Notes: generated from the letters alone by a model not told the origin. DNA of 64,000 bases from an uncultured candidate division Zixibacteria bacterium (GCA_963735035.1 CAVTJJ010000006.1:544001-608000), one strand, 5' to 3'. Positions 45,302 to 56,284 are shown, numbered from the stretch's first letter. A program made the numbers and translations.

Positions 45302-48300
45302 CTACTTCAGCAGCAGCATCTTCTTCGTCAAGGTCGTTTCACCTGCCACCAGGCGATAGAGATAGACTCCCGTGGAAACCTGCTGTCCACTGTTGTCCGT
45401 ACCGTCCCACTCGACTCGATTGCGACCGGCGGCACAGTATCCGTTGACCAGCGTTCTTACTTCCTGGCCAAGGACATTGTAGATGCTGAGTGTGACCTGC
45501 CCGTCCGACGGCACATCATAGGGGATGGTCGTGGCGGGGTTGAACGGGTTCGGGAAGTTCTGCGCGAGATCGAAAGTCTCCGGAAGACCGCGACTATCCG
45601 ACGAAAGCCGAGTCAACTGAACTCTGGCGCCACTGCCGCTCCAGGCTAGATTGGGATAAGCGCGTTCGCCGTTTACCCTGATCTCCAACTGGTCACCTTC
45701 TTTAGGATAGTGCTTAGACACCGTCCCCGAAGCATCGTTGCCGTAAACAGGTGTAAGTCTGAGAATATTGCCGGAATATACCCCACGCCCGCACATGATC
45801 GAGCCGTCGGTGTAGAACTCGATCATCGAGCCGTCGGCGACCGGTTTGCCATCGACCGTGATATTACTTCCATACACGGACATCCAGTCGCGGGTCATCT
45901 CGGCGAGCGGGAGCTCAGGCGAGCCCGAACCGCCCGGCCACACGATGACACTGTCGGGGTTGGTATGGTCCGGATAAGTGAGCGTCATGAACGTCGGCAC
46001 CTTGGCCCAATACCCAAACGTAGGCCGCAACTCAGTGAGAGTATTGAGACCCCACATATGTGGCAGCCACACCTGGGCGCCCTGGTCGAATCCCATGGCT
46101 TCCTGAAGACTATCAATGATCGACGCGAACCCATTCTCAACCGGCATTGTGCGCTCCGGCCAATATGAGACGAGGTTCCAGCCCGGCTCAAGGCTGATCG
46201 ACTGATCGGTCTGAATCGGGTTACCGCACACCTGTAGGACAGCGTCGCAGTTCATCCGAATCCAGTAGCCGTGATGGTAGTCGACTCCGGTCAAGGTGTT
46301 GAATTCGTCACCGAGGGCGGGATCGAACATCAATCCGCCCTGTTCATACGAAAGCACGACGTCGACACACACAATTATTTCATCGAGGGCCAGACGGATC
46401 CTGCTTTCATCATACGCCACATTCCAACTGACCAGATTCCAGCCGGTATGCAAGGGGATGTCGAGGCAACGGCTCTGGCCGAATTCGCAGACTTCGAAGA
46501 TGTCGCCGTTCGCAGTCCAGTAGACAGGGGTGGTAGGTTGCACCGGCTGCCCGTCGATCATGAACTGGATCAGATCGCCCGGCACACATCCTTCGTCGAC
46601 CTCGGTATACGGATCATCCCGATAGATCGGCATCAAACCGAACGAACCTTCCCAGTATCTGATTGCCTGGCCGCACAGGACGCCCTGGGGATCGTAGGCC
46701 GTTATGACCGAATGCTGTGATGCGGCCACATCGTCGGGTCGGAGCTGGTTACAGAATACGATAATCCACTCGTTCGTGGGAATAGGTTCGCCGCCGCTGC
46801 CGCCGCCATAAGGCACTGCGCCCATATCATTGCGAGAGCCATCCGGATCGTTGAACATAGGATCCGGATCGCCGGTATTGATACATGGAGACCCCTGGCT
46901 CAAAGTCCACTCCTGGACCAATTGCTCGACGTTGAACAACGGATCAGCGCTGATAGCGCCGGGACCGGGATTAGGAATGTTGATGTAATCTCCGTGGGGA
47001 CCGCCGTCGAAATCGCCCTGCCCGAAGACATCGTTGTACCCCATAATGGGTGGCTCTTGTTCAGTCAGACTCTGTTGATGAATGCCATAGTTGGCGTTGA
47101 ACGCCACGATGTTGTTCCGAATGGTCGGTGGTGTAATTGAAAACATCGAAATACCACCATTGGTGCTGTTCACAATCGTATTGTTTTCAATTATCGCCGG
47201 TGCATACCCGAGATTGGCATGGTAGCGGGGATCCCCAGAGGGATCGAAGATCGTATCAAGCGGTCCAGCAAGGCAGATGGCCGCCCAGTTCCAGACATTC
47301 TGGCGCACACAGATGTTGTGTCTGATAGTCGGGGCGGAGTTGGAGCACATGACTGCAATCCAGCCCCCGGCTAGCGTGAACCCATCCAGCACGGCGTCGT
47401 GCGTTTCACCGTGATCGAAAGAGACCAGAGTCATCGTGCGATCATTGGTGATGGTCGTTTGAAGCGGTCCTTCGGTGCTGTGCACAGCTATATTCTTGCC
47501 CAGATAATTCAGTGATTCCTGATATGTTCCGGGGGAGACCAGCACCAGGTCACCGTTGTGAGAGGCATCGATGGCCAGTTGGATGGTCGGATATTCACTG
47601 GGCACATAGAGCGTGTCAGGTTCCACAATGCCTTCAAACGGCATCGCGCCCATGTCATTGCGGGATCCATCGGGATCGTTGTACATCGGGTCCGGATCGC
47701 CGGTATTAATACAGGGCGACCCAGGGCCCAACTTCCACGTAGCTGCGAAATCATTACTGAATAGAGGATCCTGGCTGATTGCTCCCGGTCCGGGGTCAGG
47801 GATGTTGATATAGTCACCGTGCGGACTTCCATCAAAGTCACCCTGGCCAAAGACGTCGTTGTATCCCATAATGGGCGGCTCTTGTTCGGTCAAACTCTGC
47901 TGATGAATACCGTAGTTGGCGTTGAAAGCCACGATATTGTTCCTTAGAGTCGGCGATGTGATGGAAAACATCGAAATTCCGCCGTTGGCACTGTTGACGA
48001 TAGTATTGTTTTCAATTATCGCCGGCGCATATCCGAGATTGGCATGGTAGCGGGGATCACCGGTCGGATCGGCTATCGTATCAAGCGGTCCAGCAAGACA
48101 AATTGCCGACCAGTTCCACACGTTCTGGCCAACGCAGACGTTACGCCTGATGGTTGGGGCGGAGTTGGAGCACAGGACCGCGATCCAGCCCCCACTCAGT
48201 GTAAACCCTTCAAGGACCGCGTCGTGACTTTCACCGTTTTCGAAAGTCACCAGATTCACCGTCCGCTGGTTGGTGATGACAGTCAGCGATGGCCCTTCGG

Positions 48301-49519
48301 CGCTGCGCACCGTGATATTCTTACCGTGGAAGTTAAGAGATTCATTGTAGACGCCGGGAGAGACCAGCACCATGTCGCCGTTACGCGCCGAGTCGATGGC
48401 GGTTTGGATGAACGGGTAGTCCTCGGGGACAAGAATTACCCGAGGTTCGATTGGCTCAGTCTCGAATTCGATGATCGAGCTTAACATCAGGTCTCGCGCC
48501 TGCGCGACCCATTGGCTCGGCTGAGGACAAAGTGGACAGTCTGTCCAAGGCGGACCTACCATCGCCAGAGCGGGATTTGCTTCATCGTACACTGGCTGGC
48601 CAATCGCCCAATTGGTGTACACCATGGGTTCTCGCGTCACCCAGGCCCAGGAGGAATCATCATACCCGCCCAACCAGTGGTTGCCTACCCGACCTATGGG
48701 GAAAATCGGGTCGAAGGAGACGGTGCGGAACGCGAAATCGTCCTCCTGCGAACTGGTGATCGTCGCCAAATGACCGGGAAGGCCATTCTTGGTGAACTGA
48801 GCAGCCGCGATGCGTGCCTGATCCCAGGTCAGCTTGGTCGGGAGGAATCCGTACCAATGGCCGTTGCCTCCCTCTGAGATGGGCCATTCCATCACGCAGA
48901 GGAGGGTATCACTCACCGGGTCGGTGTCGAATTCTATGACCGCTGTCAGGCAATATGCTCCTTCAGTACCGCACATCGTTGGGCGAGAGAACCATTGACC
49001 GGTAGCCGGACAGGTCAGGCATGGATCCCCCGCCGAAAATCCACGCATAGCCAGAGCCTGGATCGTATCCATCTGCAGGGGAAATCCATCAGCCCAGTTG
49101 GCGTAGACAAAGGGTTCGCCTGTGAGCCATTGCCACGATCCCCAGGAAGAGGCGCCAAGCCAGAATTCGTTCCCGAAAGCTTGTTCATACAAGTGACCAG
49201 TTGGAAAGACCCGGGAAAGAATGAATTGGTTCTCGCTTTCGGATGCGACCGTAGCGAGGTGACCAACCACGCCGTCCTTCTGGAAAGAGGCCGCTAATGT
49301 AACCGCCTCATCCCACGAGACAGTCGCGTCCGACAGTCCATACCAGTGGCCATTGCCACCCTCTGAGACTGGCCATTGAGTCAGTTCCCAAACAGTATCA
49401 ACTTGCGCCGTCGCACTCCCCAACATCACTGATAGACACAGGGCCGCCCCTAGAACTACACTAAGAACATGTCGATTCTTACTCTTGGTGGCAGGTCCTG
49501 CAGGTTTCCGGATTGCCAT
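45302..49519 (-). CDS. Large secreted multidomain protein: 2 C-type-lectin-like domains, 2 duplicated pectin-lyase-like beta-helix domains, GWNLVS repeats and an FCB-type C-terminal sorting (FlgD/T9SS-like) domain
   Basis: GNGHWY..TW..A...GHLATI.S..E..WLG..W.TGEP..Y.NWA twice; VP..YP.IQ.AID...DPLF..SPCINTGDP..DGSRNDMGA twice; LAQNFPNPFN...WDG...KKMLLLK; SD GGAGG. Confidence 0.88.
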   Translation of the reverse strand: MAIRKPAGPATKSKNRHVLSVVLGAALCLSVMLGSATAQVDTVWELTQWPVSEGGNGHWYGLSDATVSWDEAVTLAASFQKDGVVGHLATVASESENQFILSRVFPTGHLYEQAFGNEFWLGASSWGSWQWLTGEPFVYANWADGFPLQMDTIQALAMRGFSAGDPCLTCPATGQWFSRPTMCGTEGAYCLTAVIEFDTDPVSDTLLCVMEWPISEGGNGHWYGFLPTKLTWDQARIAAAQFTKNGLPGHLATITSSQEDDFAFRTVSFDPIFPIGRVGNHWLGGYDDSSWAWVTREPMVYTNWAIGQPVYDEANPALAMVGPPWTDCPLCPQPSQWVAQARDLMLSSIIEFETEPIEPRVILVPEDYPFIQTAIDSARNGDMVLVSPGVYNESLNFHGKNITVRSAEGPSLTVITNQRTVNLVTFENGESHDAVLEGFTLSGGWIAVLCSNSAPTIRRNVCVGQNVWNWSAICLAGPLDTIADPTGDPRYHANLGYAPAIIENNTIVNSANGGISMFSITSPTLRNNIVAFNANYGIHQQSLTEQEPPIMGYNDVFGQGDFDGSPHGDYINIPDPGPGAISQDPLFSNDFAATWKLGPGSPCINTGDPDPMYNDPDGSRNDMGAMPFEGIVEPDTLYVPSEYPTIQLAIDASHNGDLVLVSPGTYQESLNYLGKNIAVHSTEGPLQTTITNDRTMTLVSFDHGETHDAVLDGFTLAGGWIAVMCSNSAPTIRHNICVRQNVWNWAAICLAGPLDTIFDPSGDPRYHANLGYAPAIIENNTIVNSTNGGISMFSITPPTIRNNIVAFNANYGIHQQSLTEQEPPIMGYNDVFGQGDFDGGPHGDYINIPNPGPGAISADPLFNVEQLVQEWTLSQGSPCINTGDPDPMFNDPDGSRNDMGAVPYGGGSGGEPIPTNEWIIVFCNQLRPDDVAASQHSVITAYDPQGVLCGQAIRYWEGSFGLMPIYRDDPYTEVDEGCVPGDLIQFMIDGQPVQPTTPVYWTANGDIFEVCEFGQSRCLDIPLHTGWNLVSWNVAYDESRIRLALDEIIVCVDVVLSYEQGGLMFDPALGDEFNTLTGVDYHHGYWIRMNCDAVLQVCGNPIQTDQSISLEPGWNLVSYWPERTMPVENGFASIIDSLQEAMGFDQGAQVWLPHMWGLNTLTELRPTFGYWAKVPTFMTLTYPDHTNPDSVIVWPGGSGSPELPLAEMTRDWMSVYGSNITVDGKPVADGSMIEFYTDGSIMCGRGVYSGNILRLTPVYGNDASGTVSKHYPKEGDQLEIRVNGERAYPNLAWSGSGARVQLTRLSSDSRGLPETFDLAQNFPNPFNPATTIPYDVPSDGQVTLSIYNVLGQEVRTLVNGYCAAGRNRVEWDGTDNSGQQVSTGVYLYRLVAGETTLTKKMLLLK

Positions 49520-49666
49520 ATAGCACCTCCTGCAGAAAAACAGTTCGATAAGACTTTCCTACCATAGGAAACGTCCCAGGCCCATTTTTGTCAAGACAAA
49601 AGACCTTCCTGACTATGTTCAGACGGGGGAGGGACGGCTATACCTGCGTCCCAACCCAAGGTCGTT

Positions 49667-49780
49667 GTAGGGGGCGGCACACGTCCTCGTGTGCCCCCTC
49701 TCAAGGGGCAGACCAGGAGGTCTGCCGCCCACGGAGAAAAGATCGCTACGGCCTCAAACAAGTCGGGGCATCGCGATGAC
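49667..49780. repeat. REPIN-like doublet of family K plus a fragment of a ...GCGATGAC-type palindrome
   Basis: GTAGGGGGCGGCACAC..GTGTGCCCCC and inverted GGGCAGACC..GGTCTGCCGCCCAC; then GATCGCTACGG..CATCGCGATGAC. Confidence 0.78.
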
Positions 49781-49806
49781 AGGCTCAATGGGATAACGAT
49801 AAGCCG

Positions 49807-51459
49807 CTAGTCGGGTAGGGCGACCATGCGGTCGAGCTCGGCGGCAATGGCCGCCTGGTCGAGTCGTGTGACAGTTATTGTCACACGCTGGCCGCGACTG
49901 GCCGTCTTGACGGCCTGGTAATGATGATCCGCTTGGCGCGCAATCTGGTGCAGATGCGTGATGACCAGCACCTGACTCGCTTCGGAAAGTTTCTTGATCT
50001 TGGCGCCAACTTCGACCGCCGTCTGTCCCCCGATGCCGGTGTCAACTTCGTCGAAGACCAGCAGGGAGTGCGACGTCTGGTTGTTGCGCTTCTCGGCCGC
50101 CTTGATAGCCAGCAATAGTCGAGATATCTCACCGCCCGAGGCGGTCTTAACCAGTGACTTGAGTGGTTCGCCCGGGTTGGCCGAAAAGAGGAAGCGACAT
50201 GATTCGAGACCGAAAGCGTTCGGCTTGACCATCTGACCCCGCAGTTCTACCCCGTCAGGCTGGTCTTCGTAGATGAACTCCGAGTCAAACTGGCCGCTGT
50301 CAATTGCCAGTTCGGACATTTCTTTGACGACCAGTTTCTGAAGATACTTCGCGGCCTTGCGTCTGACCTCGGACAACTGCAAGGCCTTTGCGGAGTATTT
50401 GTCCCGGCAACTCTGCTCGCGAGATTCAAGCTCGGCCAGCAAACGTGACGTATCGGGCCGGTCGGCCAGTTTGTGCTCGATCTGTTCGAGTTGCTCCAAA
50501 ATGGTTGCTTCGGAGCCGCCGTATTTCTGCTTGAGACGGTAGATCTCTTCGAGGCGCTGATTGATCTCTTCCAACCGTTGGGGATCATCCGGCACTGAAG
50601 CGCCGTACTTCTCGATAAAATTGCGCAGATCTTCGAGCTGGTAGTCGATATCTTCAAGCTGTTTAGACTGAGTGGCGAGTGACGTATCAATTGCAGTCAT
50701 CCGCTCGAGCTCTTTGTGAGCCGTTCGGATCGAATCAATGACGTTCTGATCCTCGCCGCCGAGAACGTTTTCGATCCGGGCCGCTGCTTCGATTAGGGCA
50801 CGGGATGAATCAAGGATGCGGCGTTCCTGATCCAGGTCGGCCTCTTCGCCGATTCTGATCGAAGCAGAGTCGATTTCTTTCTTCTGGAACAGGAGCAGTT
50901 CACGTTCCTTCTCGAGGTCTTCGCGGTGATTGCGGGTCCGGCGAAGTTCTGTTCGGACCGCATCCCATTGGTCAAAGAGAACTGAGACTTCATCGCGGAG
51001 TTTCTGGACGCCGGCGAATGTATCCAAGAACAACAGATGGTTTTCTTCGTCGAGCAACAGGCGTGAAGAATGCTGCCCCATTATTTCAGCCAGGGGAGAG
51101 GCCAGTTCTTTGAGCCGTGCGAGAGTGGCAACCGTGCCGTTAATGCGAACCTTGGAACTGCCATCCTTGAGGATTTCGCGGTTGACTACCAGAGTACCAC
51201 CATTCAGGTAATCAGCGAAGGTTGCTTTGTACTCGGGGCTCATTCTCTCGACCGAAAAAGTCGCCTCGACCACGGCCCGGGTGGAACCGTGACGGATCTG
51301 GTCGCGGTCGGCCCGATCACCCAGCGCGAGTCCAAGCGCCGTCACAATAACTGACTTGCCTGCCCCGGTCTCGCCGGTCAACACCGACATGCCGCGGTCG
51401 AAAGACAATTCAACATCTTCCACCAGGGCGAAATTGCTAATTTTGAGATTCGAGAGCAT
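49807..51459 (-). CDS. recN: DNA repair protein RecN
   Basis: LTGETGAGKS, FSANPGE, ASGGEISR, FDEVDTGIGG, ITHLHQIA. Confidence 0.96.
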   Translation of the reverse strand: MLSNLKISNFALVEDVELSFDRGMSVLTGETGAGKSVIVTALGLALGDRADRDQIRHGSTRAVVEATFSVERMSPEYKATFADYLNGGTLVVNREILKDGSSKVRINGTVATLARLKELASPLAEIMGQHSSRLLLDEENHLLFLDTFAGVQKLRDEVSVLFDQWDAVRTELRRTRNHREDLEKERELLLFQKKEIDSASIRIGEEADLDQERRILDSSRALIEAAARIENVLGGEDQNVIDSIRTAHKELERMTAIDTSLATQSKQLEDIDYQLEDLRNFIEKYGASVPDDPQRLEEINQRLEEIYRLKQKYGGSEATILEQLEQIEHKLADRPDTSRLLAELESREQSCRDKYSAKALQLSEVRRKAAKYLQKLVVKEMSELAIDSGQFDSEFIYEDQPDGVELRGQMVKPNAFGLESCRFLFSANPGEPLKSLVKTASGGEISRLLLAIKAAEKRNNQTSHSLLVFDEVDTGIGGQTAVEVGAKIKKLSEASQVLVITHLHQIARQADHHYQAVKTASRGQRVTITVTRLDQAAIAAELDRMVALPD

Positions 51460-51462
51460 AGC

Positions 51463-53184
51463 CTACAGTCCGTACTGTTTCATTTCAGCCATAAGGTCGT
51501 CGGCCCGCTTCTGGTCACCCTCGGCCTCGGCCTTGTGGATGGCATCCTTGAGCCGTTTTCTGACATGGGCCTGCTTCCTGCGGACAAATTCCTGCACCAC
51601 CATCTTGACCTGGGCGTCGACCTGATCCGAGGGCCATTCGCGCGACGCCAATTCGGCCACCACCGAACTCATGTCATCTCCTGGCATATTGCTGATGAGA
51701 CGATGGATGTCTATGTCGCCGGTCTGACTATACTGGGTAGCCATGGCCGCGTACAGACGGGACAGCAGTCGAGAGTCGAAATCTTCGGCGGCCACCGCAT
51801 GAAAGACAAAGTCGATTCCGCCCGGTCGTTCGAGCAACAATGAGATAAGCTCAAGCTCGTGAGTGTTCATCCGTGCGACGGTTTTTTGTCCGGGGGGAGG
51901 TGTCGTCGTCCTGGCGGGGAGAGCGGTCTGAAGGAGCGATTCATTCACGCCCAGCTTCTGGGCCGTCTCCTGCATGAACAACTCTCGGCGGGTCGGGTCG
52001 GCTATCCGCGACGCCAAACCTGCTAATTCCTTAACCAGCTTTTCACGTTCGATAATCCCCGCGCCGGCGATATCGATTTGCTTCACTCGGTATTCAATAA
52101 ACGGCAGAGCCGCCTGGCGTAATTCTTCAATCTTGTCGGCTCCCATAGTGCGAGCGACTGAATCTGGGTCCTCACCCGGCGGTGCGGTAACTACTTTGAC
52201 ATCGAGCCCGGCGTCGTAAAGTGAATCTACCGATCTAAGCGCCGCCGACCGTCCAGCTGAATCGGCATCGAAGAATAGATACACCTGTTCGGCGAATCGT
52301 GACAACAGCCGCGCCTGCTGCGGTGTGAAAGCGGTCCCCGACGACGCCACCACATTGGTCACGCCAAGTTGATAGAGGGAGATGAAATCAAAATATCCCT
52401 CGACCACATAGACGAAATGGCTCGTGCGAATACTCTCCTTGGCGAAATTTAGCCCATACAGTACCCGGCTCTTGTTGTAGAGCGGCGTTTCGGGCGAATT
52501 GATATACTTGGCCGGCTCGCCTTTCTTGAGTGTGCGACCGCCGAAAGCGATAGGCCGATTGGTCAGGTTATAGATCGGAATCATCAATCGCTGGCGAAAT
52601 CGATCGAAATAGGTGCCCTTGCGTTCTGATTTCAAAACCAGCCCGGCCTTGACCAGTTCTTCGATCTTGAGACCTTTGGAAAGAGCCAGCTTCAGGAAAC
52701 CGTCCCATTCTTCGCCCGCTAGTCCCAGACGAAAAGTCTCGATAGATGCGTCAGAGATACCGCGCTTGTCCTTCAGGTAATCTTCGAGCACCATCGCATA
52801 GCGACTCTGAAACAATTGCTTGTGGAAAAACTCGACCGCCAGTTCGTGGGCATAGTTGAAACGCTCGATTTCATCCTGCTGCTGGTCAGTGCGCGCCTCG
52901 CGAATAGTTATGTGCGCCCGCTCGGCCAGATATCGAACCGTGTCTCCGAATGACATCCCCTCGTGTTCCATCAGGAAGCTGAACACATTGCCGCCTTTGC
53001 CACAGCCAAAGCAATGATAGAGCTGCCGATCCGACGAGACCTTGAACGAGGGCGATTTCTCCTGATGAAAGGGACAGCAGGCCCACATGTCGCGCCCTTT
53101 CTTTTTCAGGCGGACATATTCGCCGACTATCTGGGTGATGTCGGTCGCTTCGCGAACCTGCTCTATGGTCTCCTGGGGGATCAT
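51463..53184 (-). CDS. dnaG: DNA primase
   Basis: CPFHQEKSPSF..CFGC zinc finger, FGGR, KYINSPET, VEGYFD, FDADSAG, DPD. Confidence 0.97.
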   Translation of the reverse strand: MIPQETIEQVREATDITQIVGEYVRLKKKGRDMWACCPFHQEKSPSFKVSSDRQLYHCFGCGKGGNVFSFLMEHEGMSFGDTVRYLAERAHITIREARTDQQQDEIERFNYAHELAVEFFHKQLFQSRYAMVLEDYLKDKRGISDASIETFRLGLAGEEWDGFLKLALSKGLKIEELVKAGLVLKSERKGTYFDRFRQRLMIPIYNLTNRPIAFGGRTLKKGEPAKYINSPETPLYNKSRVLYGLNFAKESIRTSHFVYVVEGYFDFISLYQLGVTNVVASSGTAFTPQQARLLSRFAEQVYLFFDADSAGRSAALRSVDSLYDAGLDVKVVTAPPGEDPDSVARTMGADKIEELRQAALPFIEYRVKQIDIAGAGIIEREKLVKELAGLASRIADPTRRELFMQETAQKLGVNESLLQTALPARTTTPPPGQKTVARMNTHELELISLLLERPGGIDFVFHAVAAEDFDSRLLSRLYAAMATQYSQTGDIDIHRLISNMPGDDMSSVVAELASREWPSDQVDAQVKMVVQEFVRRKQAHVRKRLKDAIHKAEAEGDQKRADDLMAEMKQYGL

Positions 53185-55547
53185 GATTTCAGTTTGACCA
53201 CCGTGACTCCGGCGCCACCCTCGTTCCAGTTACCGAGAGTCATCGAATCGACTTCCTTGTGGTTCTTCAGATACTCGGTCAAGCCGCGTCGCAACGCTCC
53301 GGTCCCTTTACCGTGAATCACGTACACCTGGGGGACGCCGGCCATGACAGCCTGGTCGATAAACCGGTCCAGCGCCTCAATGGCTTCTTCAACAATCATT
53401 CCGCGCAGATGAATCTCGCGTGGGACATCGCTGGCCGGGGGAGTCTTGGCTACCGGCATCGCAGTCCCAGTCGATGCTTTGGCGTCCAGTTTCTCCAGGT
53501 CACGGATTCTGACTACAGTATTCACAGCTCCGACCAGCACGCGGGCCTTGTCGTCGCCGATCAACTCCGTGATGTCGCCGTCCCGACCCAGGGTAATAAT
53601 CCTGACCCGGTCATTGACAGCGAAGCGATCGAGGCGAACTATCTTTTCAACCGGCTTGGACGTCTTCTGCCGCAACCTGGTGGAGTGATCGCTGGAACTC
53701 CGGATGAACCGATGAGCCGCTTTGACCTCTTCGGTTCCGGCCTGACTCTTGCGGATATCGGCCACTAGCCGTTCCAATTCGGCGCGGGTGCCGGAGAGAA
53801 GATCATCGGTTTCGGCGAGAGCGTCCTGCTTGCGCTGGTCGATCTCGCGTTCGAGCTTCTCAGACTGGCTGCGATAGAATCGCTCTAGTTCTTCGGCCTT
53901 CAAGAGACGATCAGCGAGCGCATTGCGATCATCGCGAATTTGGGCCAGTTCTTTCTCGAGTGAAGCGATAAGTTCTCCAAGAGAACGCTCGCCGCTGCCA
54001 ACGAGTCTCGCAGCGTGCTCGCAAATCGACGCCGGTATGCCTAATCGTCCCGCAATTTCCACGGCATACGATGAACCAGGCAGGCCAATTTGCAGACGAT
54101 AGGTAGGCGCCAGGGTCTCGCGATTGAATTCGAGCGAGGCGTTTTCGATCTCCGGATGATCGAGCGCCAGCGTCTTGAGCTGCGAGTAGTGGGTCGAAGC
54201 AATCAACTTCGTGCCCTTCTTGACCATGTCAAGAATGACCGCTTCGGCCAAAGCCGCGCCTTCTTTGGGGTCGGTACCCGCACCGATCTCGTCGAGAAGA
54301 GCCAACGAGTCCACGGAGACGTTGGCCACGGCTTCGGAGATGTTGCGTATGTGCGACGAAAAAGTCGAGAGTGACAACTCGATAGACTGCTCATCGCCGA
54401 TGTCGGCAAAGATCTGACGGAATATCCCGTAAGTGCTCGATTCGGACGCCGGTACCGGAAGGCCGGACTGTACCATAAGTGCAGTCAATCCAAGCGTCTT
54501 GAGGGCAATCGTCTTACCACCAGTGTTCGGGCCGGTAATTAGTATGGCCTGCCGATTCGAGTTGAGACTTACGGTAAGCGGTACTACTTTCTCAATGGAG
54601 CCGAATTTGCGTATTAGCAGCGGATGGCGCGCCTCATGGATATCGAATTCCGGAGCATCCTGGACTTTGGGCCGGAACGCTTTGGTCTCGGCGGCGAGTT
54701 TCCCGGCAGCATAGCGGGCATCGAGCTCGCCGACGAGTTGCGCGTTTTCCAGAAGAGCATCAGCGCGCTGGCCGATTTCAGTTGTCAGGGCGGTCAAAAT
54801 GCGGATAATTTCGACATGCTCCTCCTGCATGAGCATGTTGATCCGATTGTTCACCTCGACCGTCTCGCGCGGCTCGACATAGAACGTCGCTCCGGACTGA
54901 CTCCGGTCATGAAGAATCCCTTCGTCGGCGTGGTACTGTCCGGCCACCACCGGAATGACATAGCGGCCATTGCGCTGCGTGACAACATCATCCTGCCAGC
55001 CTGATTGTTTCTGTTGGGCAGAGAGGATCTTGCCGAGTTGATCGATAATCCGGCGCTTGGAATCAAACAAGTTGGAGCGAATGCGGCGAAGCTGGGTCGA
55101 GGCGGAGTCTTTGACTATCCCATCCGAATCAATGATCCGGTGAATCTCTTTCTTCAGCTCGGGAAACGCGCGGAGTTCTTTCAGAAAGGGGACAACGGCA
55201 GGGAAGTTGGCCCGATTTTCGGAGTCGTAATCGTGCAGGGCTATTGATACATCGATCAACTCCAGCACTTTCAAGATCTCTTCCGGATCGAGATGGACAC
55301 CCCCGACTTGCGATTTAGCCAGCAGGTTGCGGCAGTCTTCAAGGCGGCTCAGGGGAAAGGCCCGACCGAAATTGAAGATATCTTTGAGCTGAGCGACCTC
55401 GTCCAGCCGGGTCTCGATAGCTTCCCGATTGAACATCGGCGCAAAACGATCCACTTCCGGCGGACCATAGACCGTCACACACCGCTCCTTGATGAGGGCG
55501 ATAATTTTGGAGAACTCCAGGACTTCCAGGGTATGCGGACTGATCAT
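53181..55547 (-). CDS. mutS2: Endonuclease MutS2
   Basis: GPNTGGKT, DIGDEQSI..SLSTFSSH, LDEIGAGTDP.EG, C-terminal Smr IHGKGTG. Confidence 0.96.
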   Translation of the reverse strand: MISPHTLEVLEFSKIIALIKERCVTVYGPPEVDRFAPMFNREAIETRLDEVAQLKDIFNFGRAFPLSRLEDCRNLLAKSQVGGVHLDPEEILKVLELIDVSIALHDYDSENRANFPAVVPFLKELRAFPELKKEIHRIIDSDGIVKDSASTQLRRIRSNLFDSKRRIIDQLGKILSAQQKQSGWQDDVVTQRNGRYVIPVVAGQYHADEGILHDRSQSGATFYVEPRETVEVNNRINMLMQEEHVEIIRILTALTTEIGQRADALLENAQLVGELDARYAAGKLAAETKAFRPKVQDAPEFDIHEARHPLLIRKFGSIEKVVPLTVSLNSNRQAILITGPNTGGKTIALKTLGLTALMVQSGLPVPASESSTYGIFRQIFADIGDEQSIELSLSTFSSHIRNISEAVANVSVDSLALLDEIGAGTDPKEGAALAEAVILDMVKKGTKLIASTHYSQLKTLALDHPEIENASLEFNRETLAPTYRLQIGLPGSSYAVEIAGRLGIPASICEHAARLVGSGERSLGELIASLEKELAQIRDDRNALADRLLKAEELERFYRSQSEKLEREIDQRKQDALAETDDLLSGTRAELERLVADIRKSQAGTEEVKAAHRFIRSSSDHSTRLRQKTSKPVEKIVRLDRFAVNDRVRIITLGRDGDITELIGDDKARVLVGAVNTVVRIRDLEKLDAKASTGTAMPVAKTPPASDVPREIHLRGMIVEEAIEALDRFIDQAVMAGVPQVYVIHGKGTGALRRGLTEYLKNHKEVDSMTLGNWNEGGAGVTVVKLKS

Positions 55548-55564
55548 ACGGTCATACGCTCTAT

Positions 55565-55597
55565 AAGAAAAAGAAAAAGCCGGCCACCCGGCCGGCT
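55565..55597 (-). terminator. Intra-operon rho-independent terminator between cvpA and mutS2
   Basis: Minus strand AGCCGGCC-gggt-GGCCGGCT followed by TTTTCTTTTTCTT. Confidence 0.75.
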
Positions 55598-55633
55598 CTA
55601 ATATATGCCATGCTTGGGCAAACCAAAACCGAT

Positions 55634-56284
55634 TTAGCTGCCTTCCTTCTGGGTGCCGTCATCACTCAACTTGAAGAAACGATCAAGCTGGTACATGACC
55701 CGATAAACATCGGCTCGCTCGGTCGACAACTCTTCGCCCCGCGTGCCCTGGGCCGGGGCGGTTACCAGGGTATTCTCGATCTGCGCCATGAAATCGGGGT
55801 GGTTGGGATGAAGCATTGACGTCGATTCGAAAATCAGCGGGACCGTCTTGGCCATGGTTGGCCCGAAGAACGAGGCCTCGAAATCGGTGTAGAACCTGTC
55901 CGGCATCGGCAGGAGGAACATCAGGAAGGTCAGGAACCCGACCGCGGCCCAACCGCGAAGGAACCCCACCAGGGCGCCGCCCATTTGATCGCGTCGCTTG
56001 CTCCCTTTGATATCGGCAATCTTGTAGAAGAGATATCCCAGCAGCTTAAACAGGCCGTAAGATCCGGCCAGCAGAAGCACGAACGAGAGGAAGGCCGAGA
56101 CCAAAATCGACGTGCCCAGGCTGTCGTAAATGTAGATTACCAGCTTGTCTATGTAATTGACAGTCAGGATGATGGCCGCGAAAAAGACCAGGAAGGCGCT
56201 TGTTTCGCGAACCAACCCTTTTTTGGAGCCGACTATTACGGCGGTCAGCAACAGTACACCAAGGACAGCGTCAACCCAGTTCAT
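55634..56284 (-). CDS. cvpA: CvpA family membrane protein
   Basis: MNWVD...G.KKGLVRE, four TM helices, DQMGGALVGFLRG; conserved position before mutS2. Confidence 0.85.
   Translation of the reverse strand: MNWVDAVLGVLLLTAVIVGSKKGLVRETSAFLVFFAAIILTVNYIDKLVIYIYDSLGTSILVSAFLSFVLLLAGSYGLFKLLGYLFYKIADIKGSKRRDQMGGALVGFLRGWAAVGFLTFLMFLLPMPDRFYTDFEASFFGPTMAKTVPLIFESTSMLHPNHPDFMAQIENTLVTAPAQGTRGEELSTERADVYRVMYQLDRFFKLSDDGTQKEGS

Noticed and set aside
45302..49519. C-type lectin domains plus internal repeats as a diversity-generating retroelement target
   Set aside because: No reverse transcriptase is present, both repeat copies are in-frame coding, differences are not adenine-specific by eye, and the lectin domains are N-terminal.
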